From Thermus caldifontis (GTDB lineage Bacteria; Deinococcota; Deinococci; Deinococcales; Thermaceae): a stretch of 32,000 nt of DNA. The notes under the pieces are model-generated. The model was given only the letters and a program-made list of their open reading frames with translations, was not told the DNA's origin and ran no database searches. Location: NCBI RefSeq assembly GCF_003336745.1, contig NZ_KZ851833.1, positions 65,454 to 97,453 of the forward strand, written 5' to 3'. Each line of letters opens with the position of its first letter. The first letter of the stretch is position 1. A program made the position numbers and the translations under genes. Positions 1 through 9,855 of this stretch are shown one piece after another.

Positions 1-1609
<1,609 letters not shown>

Positions 1610-1640
1610 CTAGAAGGGGTTGGGCGTGGCGCTTACCCCC

Positions 1641-1783
1641 CTCTCTTATCGTCCCCGGGCGTTTCCCCCACCCGGGCCGGCCTTGGCACCAGCCCCACCC
1701 GCATCCGGCCATGGAACGGAAGGGATGGGAGGTTGCCGCGGTTTCACAGGGCCGTACCCTCCACCGCTCTGGATAAGAGAACG
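1641..1783 (-). promoter_or_regulatory. SAM-I (S-box) riboswitch in the metY-metX leader
   Basis: Minus strand reads CUCUUAUCCAGAGCGGUGGAGGGUACGGCCCUGUGAAACCGCGGCAACC...GGUGCCAAGGCCGGCC...GAUAAGAGAG. P1 halves are at 1772-1779 and 1643-1650. The GGUGGAGGGA, GAAACC..GGCAACC and GGUGCCAA consensus cores are all present. It sits upstream of methionine biosynthesis genes. Confidence 0.85.
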
Positions 1784-1853
1784 GGCTGGTTTTCGCCGCG
1801 CCCCGGCGCGGTTAAGGGTTAGTGTAGGAGGAGGGTTCTTTTCCGTCAACCCT

Positions 1854-1882
1854 TTGACCTTTTGGCCTTCCTACCCTATACT
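1854..1882 (+). promoter_or_regulatory. sigma-A type promoter for tRNA-Pro
   Basis: TTGACC (1854-1859), a 17-nt spacer, then TATACT (1877-1882). The -10 box ends 11 nt before the mature tRNA 5' end. Confidence 0.7.
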
Positions 1883-1893
1883 GATGGGCGCTA

Positions 1894-1970
1894 CGGGGAG
1901 TAGCGCAGCCCGGTAGCGCACCTCGTTCGGGACGAGGGGGTCGCTGGTTCAAATCCAGTCTCCCCGACCA
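1894..1970 (+). tRNA. tRNA-Pro (anticodon CGG), CCA encoded
   Basis: Cloverleaf folded by hand. Acceptor CGGGGAG/CTCCCCG, D stem GCGC/GCGC, anticodon stem CCTCG/CGAGG with loop TTCGGGA, T stem GCTGG/CCAGT with loop TTCAAAT, then discriminator A and CCA. Total 77 nt. Confidence 0.93.
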
Positions 1971-1973
1971 GAA

Positions 1974-1997
1974 GGCCGGCCCTAGGGCCGGCTTTTC
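1974..1997 (+). terminator. intrinsic terminator after tRNA-Pro
   Basis: GC-rich hairpin GCCGGCCC/GGGCCGGC followed by TTTT (1993-1996). Confidence 0.65.
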
Positions 1998-1998
1998 G

Positions 1999-2004
1999 TA
2001 TACT
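1999..2004 (+). promoter_or_regulatory. possible -10 box (TATACT) giving a leaderless transcript for the Na/Pi-cotransporter gene
   Basis: TATACT lies 6 nt upstream of the GTG start at 2011. There is no Shine-Dalgarno and no convincing -35. Confidence 0.3.
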
Positions 2005-2010
2005 CCTCCC

Positions 2011-3501
2011 GTGGGCTTTCTGGCGGGCCTTGCCCTTTTGCTCCTGGGGCTTCACCTCATTGGGGAAGGGCTTTCCTCCGTCAAGGGGAAGCGGTACCTC
2101 CTGGCGCGGGCGTTCTCCAAACCGGAGGGCCTTTTGCTTTCCGGTTTCCTGTTGGGACTTCTTTCGGGTAGCGGGACTGGCCTCTCCCTCCTGGCCCTGG
2201 GGCTTTTGGAAGGGGGGATCTTTTCCCTGGGGCAGGCCGCTCTCCTTTCCTTGGCGGCCACCGCCGGGGCTTCCGCCTGGGTGGGGGTGGTGGCCCTGGC
2301 GCAGCGGGAGGTGGCCGAGGCGCTCTTGGTCCTGGGCCTTCCCCTTTTCCTCTTCAGGGGAAGCCGGAGCGGGGGGCTGGTTCTCCTGGGGTTGGGCCTT
2401 CTTTTCCTGGGCTTTTTGCAGATGGGCCAAGGGGCCAAGGCCGTTGTGCCTCTTCTGAGCCTGTTGAACCCAGGTCCATGGGTCTTGTACCTGGTGGGGA
2501 TCCTGCTGGCCTTCCTTCTGGGGACTGCCAATGGGGTGGCGGCTTTGGCCCTGGCCCTTCTGCCCTTTTTGGGGCAGGAGGGGGGGATGGCCTTGACCCT
2601 GGGGGCAGGGGTGGGGGTTTCCGGGGTCCTTTTCCTGGCGGCCTTGGGGGGTAGGAGGGAGGCATGGGCACTTTCCGCGGTGCTCTTTGGGCATCGGTTT
2701 CTTCTCTCCTTGCCCTTCTTGTTCCTGCTTGGGCCCTTAGGGGGGCTGGGGGTGGTGGGGCTCCATCTGCTGAGCCATGGGGTCTACGCCTTGGGCTTTC
2801 TTCCTCTCCATGCCTTCTACTTGCGCTTGGCCCAGCGCCTGTTCCCCCGCCCCACCATTAGCCCCAAGTACCTTTCCCTCGAGACCCTGGAAACCCCAGG
2901 CCTGGCCTACGCCCTGGTGCGGAGGGAGCTGGGCCGGGTGGCGGATGCCGTGCGGGACATGTTGGCCAAGGCGGTGCGCATTCTGGCCCAGGAGGAGGGC
3001 GGCGAGGGGGAGCTTTCGGCCCTGGAGGAGAAGGTGGACCAGCTTACCCGGGAGGTGGTCCTCTACACCGCTGAGCTTTCCACCCGTACCCGGGACGAGC
3101 GGGCGGTTCGGTTCTTCGTGGCGGCCAGCGAGCTGGAGCACCTGGGGGACCTGGTGCGCCGGGTGGTACGGCAGGCGGAGAAGCTTTGGGCCCAGGGCTT
3201 GACCTTTAGCCCAGAAGGCAAGGAGGACCTTTTAGAGGCGGGGAGGCTGGTATTAGGCCGCTTGGAGCGCATGGCGGCGGCCTTGGCCACGGGGGACAAG
3301 GCTTTGGCGGAGGGGGTTTTGGCCGAGGAAGGGGAAGTGGCAGCTTTTTTGGATCGCCTGCGGCGGGCGCACCTAAGCCGCCTGGAAAGTGGAAGGGCGG
3401 AGAGTCGGGCCACCACCTTGGCCCACCTGGATCTCCTCATCACCCTCGAGGAGATTTCCAGCGGGGTGGACAGGCTTTGCCGCCTGGTCCGGGGGCTTTA
3501 A
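2011..3501 (+). CDS. Na/Pi-cotransporter family membrane protein with C-terminal PhoU-like domain
   Basis: ORF 2011..3501 (GTG start). The N-terminal ~280 aa are polytopic and Gly/Leu-rich. The C-terminal soluble helical part ([13 protein letters not shown]..., [12 protein letters not shown]...) is typical of the PhoU-like repeats of NptA/YjbB-type proteins. Confidence 0.6.
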   Translation: MGFLAGLALLLLGLHLIGEGLSSVKGKRYLLARAFSKPEGLLLSGFLLGLLSGSGTGLSLLALGLLEGGIFSLGQAALLSLAATAGASAWVGVVALAQREVAEALLVLGLPLFLFRGSRSGGLVLLGLGLLFLGFLQMGQGAKAVVPLLSLLNPGPWVLYLVGILLAFLLGTANGVAALALALLPFLGQEGGMALTLGAGVGVSGVLFLAALGGRREAWALSAVLFGHRFLLSLPFLFLLGPLGGLGVVGLHLLSHGVYALGFLPLHAFYLRLAQRLFPRPTISPKYLSLETLETPGLAYALVRRELGRVADAVRDMLAKAVRILAQEEGGEGELSALEEKVDQLTREVVLYTAELSTRTRDERAVRFFVAASELEHLGDLVRRVVRQAEKLWAQGLTFSPEGKEDLLEAGRLVLGRLERMAAALATGDKALAEGVLAEEGEVAAFLDRLRRAHLSRLESGRAESRATTLAHLDLLITLEEISSGVDRLCRLVRGL

Positions 3502-3511
3502 GCTAGGAAGC

Positions 3512-4027
3512 GTGGTGAGGATCCTGGGCGGCAAGGCCAAGGGGGTTCCGCTGAAGGTGCCGGCTTCGGCCAGGCCCTCCCCAGTGCGCCTGAGAAAGGC
3601 CCTTTTTGACCTCCTTCGCCTCCGCTACCCCAAGCGGGGCCGGTTCCTGGACCTCTATGCCGGAAGCGGGGCGGTGGGCCTCGAGGCGGCCAGCGAGGGC
3701 TTTGAGGCTACCCTGGTGGAGAAGGACCAGGAAGCGGTGGCCCTTCTTAAGGAAAACCTCCGCCGCACCGGGCTAAGGGCTCGGATCGTTCCCCTTCCCG
3801 TGGAGGTTTTCCTGCCGGAGGCCAAGGCCCGGGGCGAGCGCTACACCGTGGCCTTCATGGCCCCTCCCTACCCCCTGGATCTCGTCCAGGCCTTCCAGGC
3901 CCTCCTGGAAAGCGGCCTGGTGGAGAAGGGAGGGCTTTATATCCTGCAACACCCTAAGGACCTGCACCTTCCCTTCGGGGAGCGGCGGGTATACGGGGAA
4001 AACGCCCTTACCCTGGTGGAGGCTTAG
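3512..4027 (+). CDS. rsmD: 16S rRNA (guanine966-N2)-methyltransferase RsmD
   Basis: VRILGGKAKGVPLKVPASARPSPVRLRKALFDLL, SAM motif LDLYAGSGAVGLEAASEG, and PPY motif FMAPPYP. In-frame GTG 3512 follows AGGAAG. Conserved rsmD-coaD pairing. Confidence 0.85.
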   Translation: MVRILGGKAKGVPLKVPASARPSPVRLRKALFDLLRLRYPKRGRFLDLYAGSGAVGLEAASEGFEATLVEKDQEAVALLKENLRRTGLRARIVPLPVEVFLPEAKARGERYTVAFMAPPYPLDLVQAFQALLESGLVEKGGLYILQHPKDLHLPFGERRVYGENALTLVEA

Positions 4028-4513
<486 letters not shown>

Positions 4514-4532
4514 AATCCCCTTGGAGGTAGCC

Positions 4533-6125
4533 ATGAAGGCTTTTCCCAGTAAGTACGGGAACGCCCTGGAGTTTGGGCATCTCATCGGCGGGGAGGAGGT
4601 TTACGAAGGGGAGGTCTTGGAGAGGCGGAATCCTGCGGACCTCGAGGACCTGGTGGCCCGCTTTCCCCAAGGTACCAAGGAAACCCTAAGGAAGGCTGCC
4701 CTCAAGGCGCGGGAGGCCTTTGGGGAGTGGAGCCAGACCCCAGCCCCCGTGCGGGGACAGGTGCTCTTCAACCTGGCCAAGATTCTGGAGAGGGAGAAGC
4801 CCACCCTGACCCGGCTCATGGTGCGGGAGGTGGGGAAGACCTTCAAGGAGGCGGGCGGGGATGTGCAGGAGGCCATCGACACCGCCATCTTCTTCGCCTC
4901 CGAGGGGCGGAGGCTTTACGGCCAAACCGTGCCCAGCGAGATGCGGAACAAGGAGCTTTTTACCTTCCGCAGGCCCTTGGGCGTGGTGGGGATGATCACC
5001 GCCGGAAACTTCCCCATCGCCGTGCCCAGCTGGAAGCTGATCCCCGCGGTCCTTACGGGTAACACCGTGGTGTGGAAGCCTTCCGACGACTCCCCCACCC
5101 TTTCCTATATCTTCGTCAAGCTTTTTGAGGAGGCGGGCCTGCCCCCCGGGGTCATCAACGTGGTCTTCGGGGGCGGGAAGGACTCCACGGGCCAGTGGCT
5201 GGTGGAGCTCATGGACGAGGGCCTCCTTAACAAGTTCGCCTTCACCGGCAGCACCCAGGTGGGGCGCTGGATCGGGGAGGTGGCAGGGCGGAACCTGATC
5301 CGGCCCACCCTGGAGCTTGGAGGAAAAAATCCCTTGGTGGTGATGCGGGATGCCGACCTGGATTTGGCGGTGGAAGGCGCCTGGTGGAGTGCCTTCGCCA
5401 CCGGGGGGCAGCGGTGCACCTCGGCGGGAAATATCCTCGTGGACGCACCCATTTATGACGAGTTCAAAAAGCGCTTCTTGGAAAGGACCGAGGCTACGGT
5501 GGTGGGGAACCCCCTTCTCCACCCTGAGGTCACCTATGGCCCCTTCATCAACGAGCGCCTATACCGCCGCTGGGAGGAGCATTACACCTGGGGAAAGGAG
5601 GACGGGGCCACCTTGCTCTTGGGCCAGGGGCGCATCACCCGGGAAAAGCCTTACCCCCGCTTCCGGGGTGACCCCGAGGCGGGCCTCTACGGCTGGCCTA
5701 CGGTCTGGGAGGCCAGGCCCGGGATGCGCCAGTTCGCCGAGGAGATCTTCGGCCCCACCATCAACCTGGTCAAGGTGGACGGCATTGAGGAGGCCATAGA
5801 GGTGGCCAACGCCACCCCCTACGGCCTGTCCAGCGCCATCTACACCCACCACCGCCACTGGGCTTACCTCTTCAAGGTGGGCATCCGGGCGGGGATGACC
5901 AGCATCAACAACGCCACCGTGGGCGCCGAGGCCCATCTGCCCTTCGGGGGGGTTAAGGCCAGCGGCAACGGGGCCCGGGAGTCGGGTATCTGGGTCATTG
6001 AGGAGTACACCTACTGGCATGCGGTGAACGAGGAGTACTCGGGCAAGCTCCAGCTGGCCCAGATGGATACCGGCTACGTAAGCCCCAAGCCCCCCACGCC
6101 CTGGGGAGAAATCCTGGGCTTTTGA
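4533..6125 (+). CDS. NAD(P)-dependent aldehyde dehydrogenase family protein (530 aa)
   Basis: ORF 4449..6125, start trimmed to ATG 4533 after GGAGG (4523-4527). ALDH catalytic motifs LELGGKNP (Glu) and GQRCTSAG (Cys). The substrate cannot be assigned from the sequence. Confidence 0.85.
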   Translation: MKAFPSKYGNALEFGHLIGGEEVYEGEVLERRNPADLEDLVARFPQGTKETLRKAALKAREAFGEWSQTPAPVRGQVLFNLAKILEREKPTLTRLMVREVGKTFKEAGGDVQEAIDTAIFFASEGRRLYGQTVPSEMRNKELFTFRRPLGVVGMITAGNFPIAVPSWKLIPAVLTGNTVVWKPSDDSPTLSYIFVKLFEEAGLPPGVINVVFGGGKDSTGQWLVELMDEGLLNKFAFTGSTQVGRWIGEVAGRNLIRPTLELGGKNPLVVMRDADLDLAVEGAWWSAFATGGQRCTSAGNILVDAPIYDEFKKRFLERTEATVVGNPLLHPEVTYGPFINERLYRRWEEHYTWGKEDGATLLLGQGRITREKPYPRFRGDPEAGLYGWPTVWEARPGMRQFAEEIFGPTINLVKVDGIEEAIEVANATPYGLSSAIYTHHRHWAYLFKVGIRAGMTSINNATVGAEAHLPFGGVKASGNGARESGIWVIEEYTYWHAVNEEYSGKLQLAQMDTGYVSPKPPTPWGEILGF

Positions 6126-6167
6126 AGGCCGGGAACGCCTTCCCCTTGGTCTTGGGATTCGCTCTGA

Positions 6168-6536
6168 CTACTGGGCGCTTTCCAGGTCGGGCCTGAGGCG
6201 CACGGCCTCCCGCAGATAGACATGGCGCACCTGGTCCTGGGGGGTGTCCGTGTTCCAAAGGGCCAGGACCCGGATCACCCGGGGCAGGCTTCCCGGGACC
6301 GGCACCTCCCGGGCGGAGAGAAGGGGGACCCGGTGCATGCCGATCTGGCGGGCGGCCTCGGCGGGGAAGGCGGAACTTAGGTCCTCCGTCACCGTGAAGA
6401 TGATGGCCGCCAGCTCCTCGTGGCTCTGGATGCCGTTTGCCTCCAGCATCTTGAGAAGGAGTTCCCGGGTGGCCTGGTGGATGGCCTCCGGCGTGTCCTC
6501 CTCCACGGTGATGGCGCCTCGGATGCCCCGGACCAT
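6168..6536 (-). CDS. aroH: chorismate mutase, AroH class
   Basis: 122 aa. MVRGIRGAITVEEDTPEAIHQATRELLLKMLEANGI... is the characteristic AroH-type monofunctional chorismate mutase N-terminus. Confidence 0.85.
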   Translation of the reverse strand: MVRGIRGAITVEEDTPEAIHQATRELLLKMLEANGIQSHEELAAIIFTVTEDLSSAFPAEAARQIGMHRVPLLSAREVPVPGSLPRVIRVLALWNTDTPQDQVRHVYLREAVRLRPDLESAQ

Positions 6537-6595
6537 AGTTGGGCTCCATGCTAAGGGGTTTTCTCCCTTGGGGCAAGGAGGGTAGGCTAGGGAGC

Positions 6596-7258
6596 ATGAA
6601 CCTGATGGCGGTGTTTGCCCATCCCGACGATGAGATCGGGGCTCTGGGCACCTTGGCCCTTCACGCCCGGCGTGGGGACCGGGTGCTTTTGGTTTGGATG
6701 ACCAGGGGGGAGTTGGCCAGCCAGTTCGGGGCCATGGAGGAGGCGAGGGTAGCGGAGATGCGGGAAGGGCACGGGGCCCATGTGGCCCAGCTGATCGGGG
6801 CCGAGTACCGTTTTCTCCCCTTTCGCGACACCTTTCTCACGGGGAGCCGGGAAGAGGCCCTGGCCCTGGCCCGGGTCATGGCCGAGTTTGGGCCGGATGC
6901 CGTCATCACCTGGGACCCTTGGGACGTGCACCCCGACCACCGGGCCACCCACCAGGCGGTGCTTTCTGCCCTGAAGCTTTGCCGCATCCCCAAACTGGTG
7001 GGGGAAGCGCACCGGAAGCCGGTTCGGCTGTACCACTACCCCAGGCGGGAGGTTTCCCGGCCTTATGTGTACGTGGATGTCTCCGCCACCCAGGAGGTGG
7101 CGGAGGCGGTGTTTGGCTTCTACCAGGCCTTCTACGGCTGGCCCGTTAGCCTCGAGGACTTTCGGGCCCAGCGGCGGCTTCGGGGCCGGGAGGCGGGGGT
7201 TCCCTTTGCGGAGGTGTTTCAGACGGACTCTCCTCCGGCGTGGCCGGCCCTTCCCTAA
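6596..7258 (+). CDS. PIG-L/LmbE family N-acetylglucosaminyl deacetylase (BshB-like)
   Basis: MNLMAVFAHPDDEIGALGT (AHPDDE metal motif) and HPDH further on. Start chosen at ATG 6596; ATG 6548 is also possible. Confidence 0.75.
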   Translation: MNLMAVFAHPDDEIGALGTLALHARRGDRVLLVWMTRGELASQFGAMEEARVAEMREGHGAHVAQLIGAEYRFLPFRDTFLTGSREEALALARVMAEFGPDAVITWDPWDVHPDHRATHQAVLSALKLCRIPKLVGEAHRKPVRLYHYPRREVSRPYVYVDVSATQEVAEAVFGFYQAFYGWPVSLEDFRAQRRLRGREAGVPFAEVFQTDSPPAWPALP

Positions 7259-8522
7259 GTCCCTCCTCGGGGTCGTAGGGAGGGGTGAGGACGTAGGCCA
7301 GCACCACCGCAGGTAGGACCAGGGGCAAGGTGGCGTACCCACCCCACTCTGTCGCCAGCAAGGTGGCGGCAAAGGGAGCCCGGGCCACCCCTGCCAGCAC
7401 GGCCACGCCTCCCGCCAGGGCCAGGGCTTCTGGGGGTAGGTCCAGGGGGCCTGGGAGGTGGGCCAGGAAGCTACCCAGAAGCCCGCCCAAGACCAAAGCG
7501 GGGGTATAGGGGGCGCCGTAGGCCCGGACCCCACTGGCCAAAAGGAGCAGGGCCAGCTTGGCCAGGATAAGGTAAAGGAGGGCCTTGGGTGGAATGAGGG
7601 GGGTGGTGGCCACGGCCACAAAGCCCAGGCCCGTACCCAGGGCCTCGGGGAGGAAAAGGAGGGCCAAGGCCAAGGCCAGGCCCAAGAGGCCGTGCCGCCA
7701 GGGAAAGGCCAAGGGGGAGAGGTACCTTTGCAGGAGGCGGGCGCCTTCCATCCAGAGGGTGGCCAGCATGGCGGCTGCCAGGCCCACCAGCGCCCCAGCT
7801 GGCAAGGCCCCTAGGTCCATGGGGGCGCTAAGGGGCAAGAGGGGAGTGTAGCCAAAGAAGGCCCCGTACACGGCGAAGGCCGAGAGGGCCCCGATGAGGG
7901 CTGGGGTTAGGGCCCGGGCCTCGAGGAGGAGGCTCCGGTAGAGGATCTCCGTGGCCAAAAGGGCCCCAGCTACGGGAGCGTGGAGGCTGGCCCCAAGCCC
8001 GGCGGCAAGGCCAGCAAAGGCGAGACCCCCGCCCAGACGGGGAAAGCGCCGGTCCAGGCCCCGGCCCAGCCAAAGCCCCAGCACCCCAAAGGGACCTTCC
8101 CGCCCCATGGGGGAGTAGAGGGAGAGCTGGAGCACCCCCCCTAAAACGGCCCGCAGGTGGGAGGAAGGGGGGCTTGGCCGGTCCTCCCGGGCCTGAAGCA
8201 GGAGAGCGGCAAGCCCCTGCCCCGTCCCCAGAAAGCTAGTGAGGGCGAAGAGGAAGGGAAAGAGGAAGGCGAGGGGCCAGAGGGAGGGTCCAGTGAAGGC
8301 CTGGGCCAGGCCTCCTTCCCCTGGGGGCTCGGGGGCCAGATAACCAAAGAAGAGACCAAAGGCTTCGGTCAAAACCCGAAGGAGCCCATTCAACAGAGCC
8401 ACTAAAAGTCCGGCCAGGGCCCCGGTGAAGGCGCTGTAGAGGATGAGGGGGCCGGTGTGCCGGATTTCCTCATCCCAAAGGGAGGGGAGGTTGAGCTGGG
8501 GGCCGCGGCCCAAGGGGCGCAT
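7146..8522 (-). CDS. ClC-family voltage-gated chloride channel / H+-Cl- antiporter
   Basis: 458 aa polytopic protein with the ClC signature GREGPFGVLG and a GxxxP-type third selectivity segment (GAPYTPAL). Its ATG overlaps the transposase stop (TGATG at 8520-8524). Confidence 0.8.
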   Translation of the reverse strand: MRPLGRGPQLNLPSLWDEEIRHTGPLILYSAFTGALAGLLVALLNGLLRVLTEAFGLFFGYLAPEPPGEGGLAQAFTGPSLWPLAFLFPFLFALTSFLGTGQGLAALLLQAREDRPSPPSSHLRAVLGGVLQLSLYSPMGREGPFGVLGLWLGRGLDRRFPRLGGGLAFAGLAAGLGASLHAPVAGALLATEILYRSLLLEARALTPALIGALSAFAVYGAFFGYTPLLPLSAPMDLGALPAGALVGLAAAMLATLWMEGARLLQRYLSPLAFPWRHGLLGLALALALLFLPEALGTGLGFVAVATTPLIPPKALLYLILAKLALLLLASGVRAYGAPYTPALVLGGLLGSFLAHLPGPLDLPPEALALAGGVAVLAGVARAPFAATLLATEWGGYATLPLVLPAVVLAYVLTPPYDPEEGLREGPATPEESPSETPPQREPPPPGPEAAAGPESPRG

Positions 8523-9463
8523 CAGACATTAACCTCCCCCTTGTCAAGCCCCCCCTTGACACACACAACCCACGCCGCACGAGCCAAGCGGTTAGCAAGG
8601 GCCACCAGAGCCACCTTTTTGGGCTTACCCCGAGCCATCAACGCTTCCACGAAAGACCTATGGAGGGACGACGACCGGTAGGCCGCCACAGCAGCCATAT
8701 AGTACGCACCACGCAGACCCGGCGGACCAAAACGAGAAATACGAGACGACTGGGGCATAACGCCAGATTGAACAATCCTAGGAGTGAGCCCAGTAAAGGC
8801 CGCATATGCACGAGCCGAGCGAAAGCGTCGCAAGTCCCCAGAATAGGCGAGTATCCGTATCGCCAACACCTGACCAATCCCAGGCAAGGACATCAGAGAC
8901 TCAACCCACGATGACAGAAGGTCATCCGAACCCACCACCTGAAGGGCCTCCCTCAGAACACGACGACGGAGCCCCTCCACACCAGCAGGAATATCCCGCA
9001 GAAGGTCAGCCAGCCCAGGGACAACATATTCCCACGCGTGCAAGCGGTTCAGCATACCGACATAATCAGACGTCAGACTATCCCACAAGCGGACTAAAAC
9101 ACCCAGGAGAACCAAAGAATCTTCGGACGGATAGTAAGGCGGTAACTGCTGCCACCTTTCAGCCACAAAGCGGGCAATCAGACGAGCATCCGCGCGATCC
9201 GTCTTAGCACGCCGGAGGAGGGAACGGCTGTAACTCTTCACCGCAAACGGATTTAGAACAACCACATGGAAACCCGCACGATAAAGGGCATAGGCAAGGG
9301 GACGATAATAGGTACCCGTGCCCTCCAAACCAACAACAGCACCAGACGGCAACCGCTGGAGCAAATCCGGAATACCCGCAGGATTAGCCACCCGGAGTAC
9401 CTCACCCTCTGGACCTAGGGCGACATCAAGCCACCTGGAACCAACATCCACACCCACAAACAT
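8522..9463 (-). CDS. IS110-family DEDD transposase/recombinase (313 aa from ATG 9463)
   Basis: MFVGVDVGSRWLDVA (first Asp). LEGTGTYYRPLAYALYRAGFHVVVLNPFAVKSYSRSLLRRAKTDRADARLIARF (DEDD_Tnp_IS110-type). PGIGQVLAIRILAYSGDLRRFRSARAYAAFTGLTPRIVQSG...ISRFGPPGLRGAYYMAA (Transposase_20-type C-domain). The ORF-track start at 9529 and an in-frame GTG at 9484 are alternatives. Confidence 0.9.
   Translation of the reverse strand: MFVGVDVGSRWLDVALGPEGEVLRVANPAGIPDLLQRLPSGAVVGLEGTGTYYRPLAYALYRAGFHVVVLNPFAVKSYSRSLLRRAKTDRADARLIARFVAERWQQLPPYYPSEDSLVLLGVLVRLWDSLTSDYVGMLNRLHAWEYVVPGLADLLRDIPAGVEGLRRRVLREALQVVGSDDLLSSWVESLMSLPGIGQVLAIRILAYSGDLRRFRSARAYAAFTGLTPRIVQSGVMPQSSRISRFGPPGLRGAYYMAAVAAYRSSSLHRSFVEALMARGKPKKVALVALANRLARAAWVVCVKGGLDKGEVNV
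8523..8527. repeat. left junction copy of the 5-nt CAGAC direct repeat (candidate recombination core)
   Basis: ...GGGGCGCAT CAGAC ATTAACC... at the point where the GC-rich host sequence switches to phage-like composition. The same pentamer is at 15179-15183. Confidence 0.5.
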
Positions 9464-9615
9464 ACGCAGAAAAGGGACGGGCACCCAAGGCACTCTTATA
9501 CGCGACCGCGTAGGGCCAACATTAACCACGCCAGGGATTTAGGCCAGTCTGACGCACGACCCCAAAAGGCCAGGAGTGTACACGGCCCGCCCGCCCAAAA
9601 GGAGTATAACCCAGC
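9464..9615 (-). ncRNA. candidate bridge-type guide RNA / structured 5' leader of the IS110-family recombinase
   Basis: A noncoding 152 nt between the TM/Cys ORF stop and the recombinase ATG. Minus-sense GTACACTCC (9581-9573) matches the prophage right end. GGTTAATGT (9527-9519) matches the left end. GCGTCAGAC (9555-9547) is complementary to core plus host flank GTCTGATGC. A TATACT -10-like box lies at 9608-9603. No structure was computed. Confidence 0.4.
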
Positions 9616-9855
9616 CTAACGCCTTAAGCGATAGACCCCACGCCGAGGGTCATACGGACATTGACGAAAAGCCACGTACCGACAATGGCGCTTATAGGCC
9701 TTGACTTGCAAAGCTAACCTATGAGGCATACCACACACAGAACACTTAGCCGGACCAGCTGACGCGGGACCAGTCAAACGCCTCCTCATCCGCAGATAAA
9801 GAAGGTACAGGGTCCAGAGGAGAACGATTAAGAGCATGAGGAGGAGCAGACTCAT
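9616..9855 (-). CDS. small membrane protein with TM helix and CxxC...Cx7C cluster (79 aa), overlapping the zot 3' end in the +1 frame
   Basis: MSLLLLMLLIVLLWTLYLLYLRMRRR (TM plus positive-inside) followed by CSVCGMPHRL...HCRYVAFRQCPYD. It may be the missing TM/periplasmic part of pI. Confidence 0.4.
   Translation of the reverse strand: MSLLLLMLLIVLLWTLYLLYLRMRRRLTGPASAGPAKCSVCGMPHRLALQVKAYKRHCRYVAFRQCPYDPRRGVYRLRR

Noticed and set aside
1894-1970. tRNA-Pro as the prophage integration site
   Set aside because: The prophage lies 6.5 kb away with six unrelated host genes in between. No tRNA fragment repeat was seen at either junction.
1891-2694. 267-aa minus-strand ORF
   Set aside because: It overlaps the tRNA-Pro gene and is antisense to the Na/Pi-cotransporter gene. 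Its composition is low-complexity Pro/Gly/Gln/Lys.
6130-6146. GGGAA-CGCC-TTCCC hairpin between the convergent ALDH and aroH genes as a bidirectional terminator
   Set aside because: It has only a 5-bp stem and no T-tract, which is too weak to call.
5995-7621. 218-aa and 344-aa minus-strand ORFs (5995..6651, 6587..7621)
   Set aside because: They are Pro/Gly/Arg/Trp-rich and fully overlap the well-supported ALDH, aroH, PIG-L and ClC genes in other frames.
9464-9529. N-terminal 22-codon extension of the IS110 recombinase ORF (start at 9529)
   Set aside because: IS110-family proteins normally begin a few residues before the (V/I)G(V/I)D motif, and the extension (MVNVGPTRSRIRVPWVPVPFLR) has no SD. 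It also covers the GGTTAATGT motif, which I interpret as noncoding. The alternative is kept in the feature evidence.
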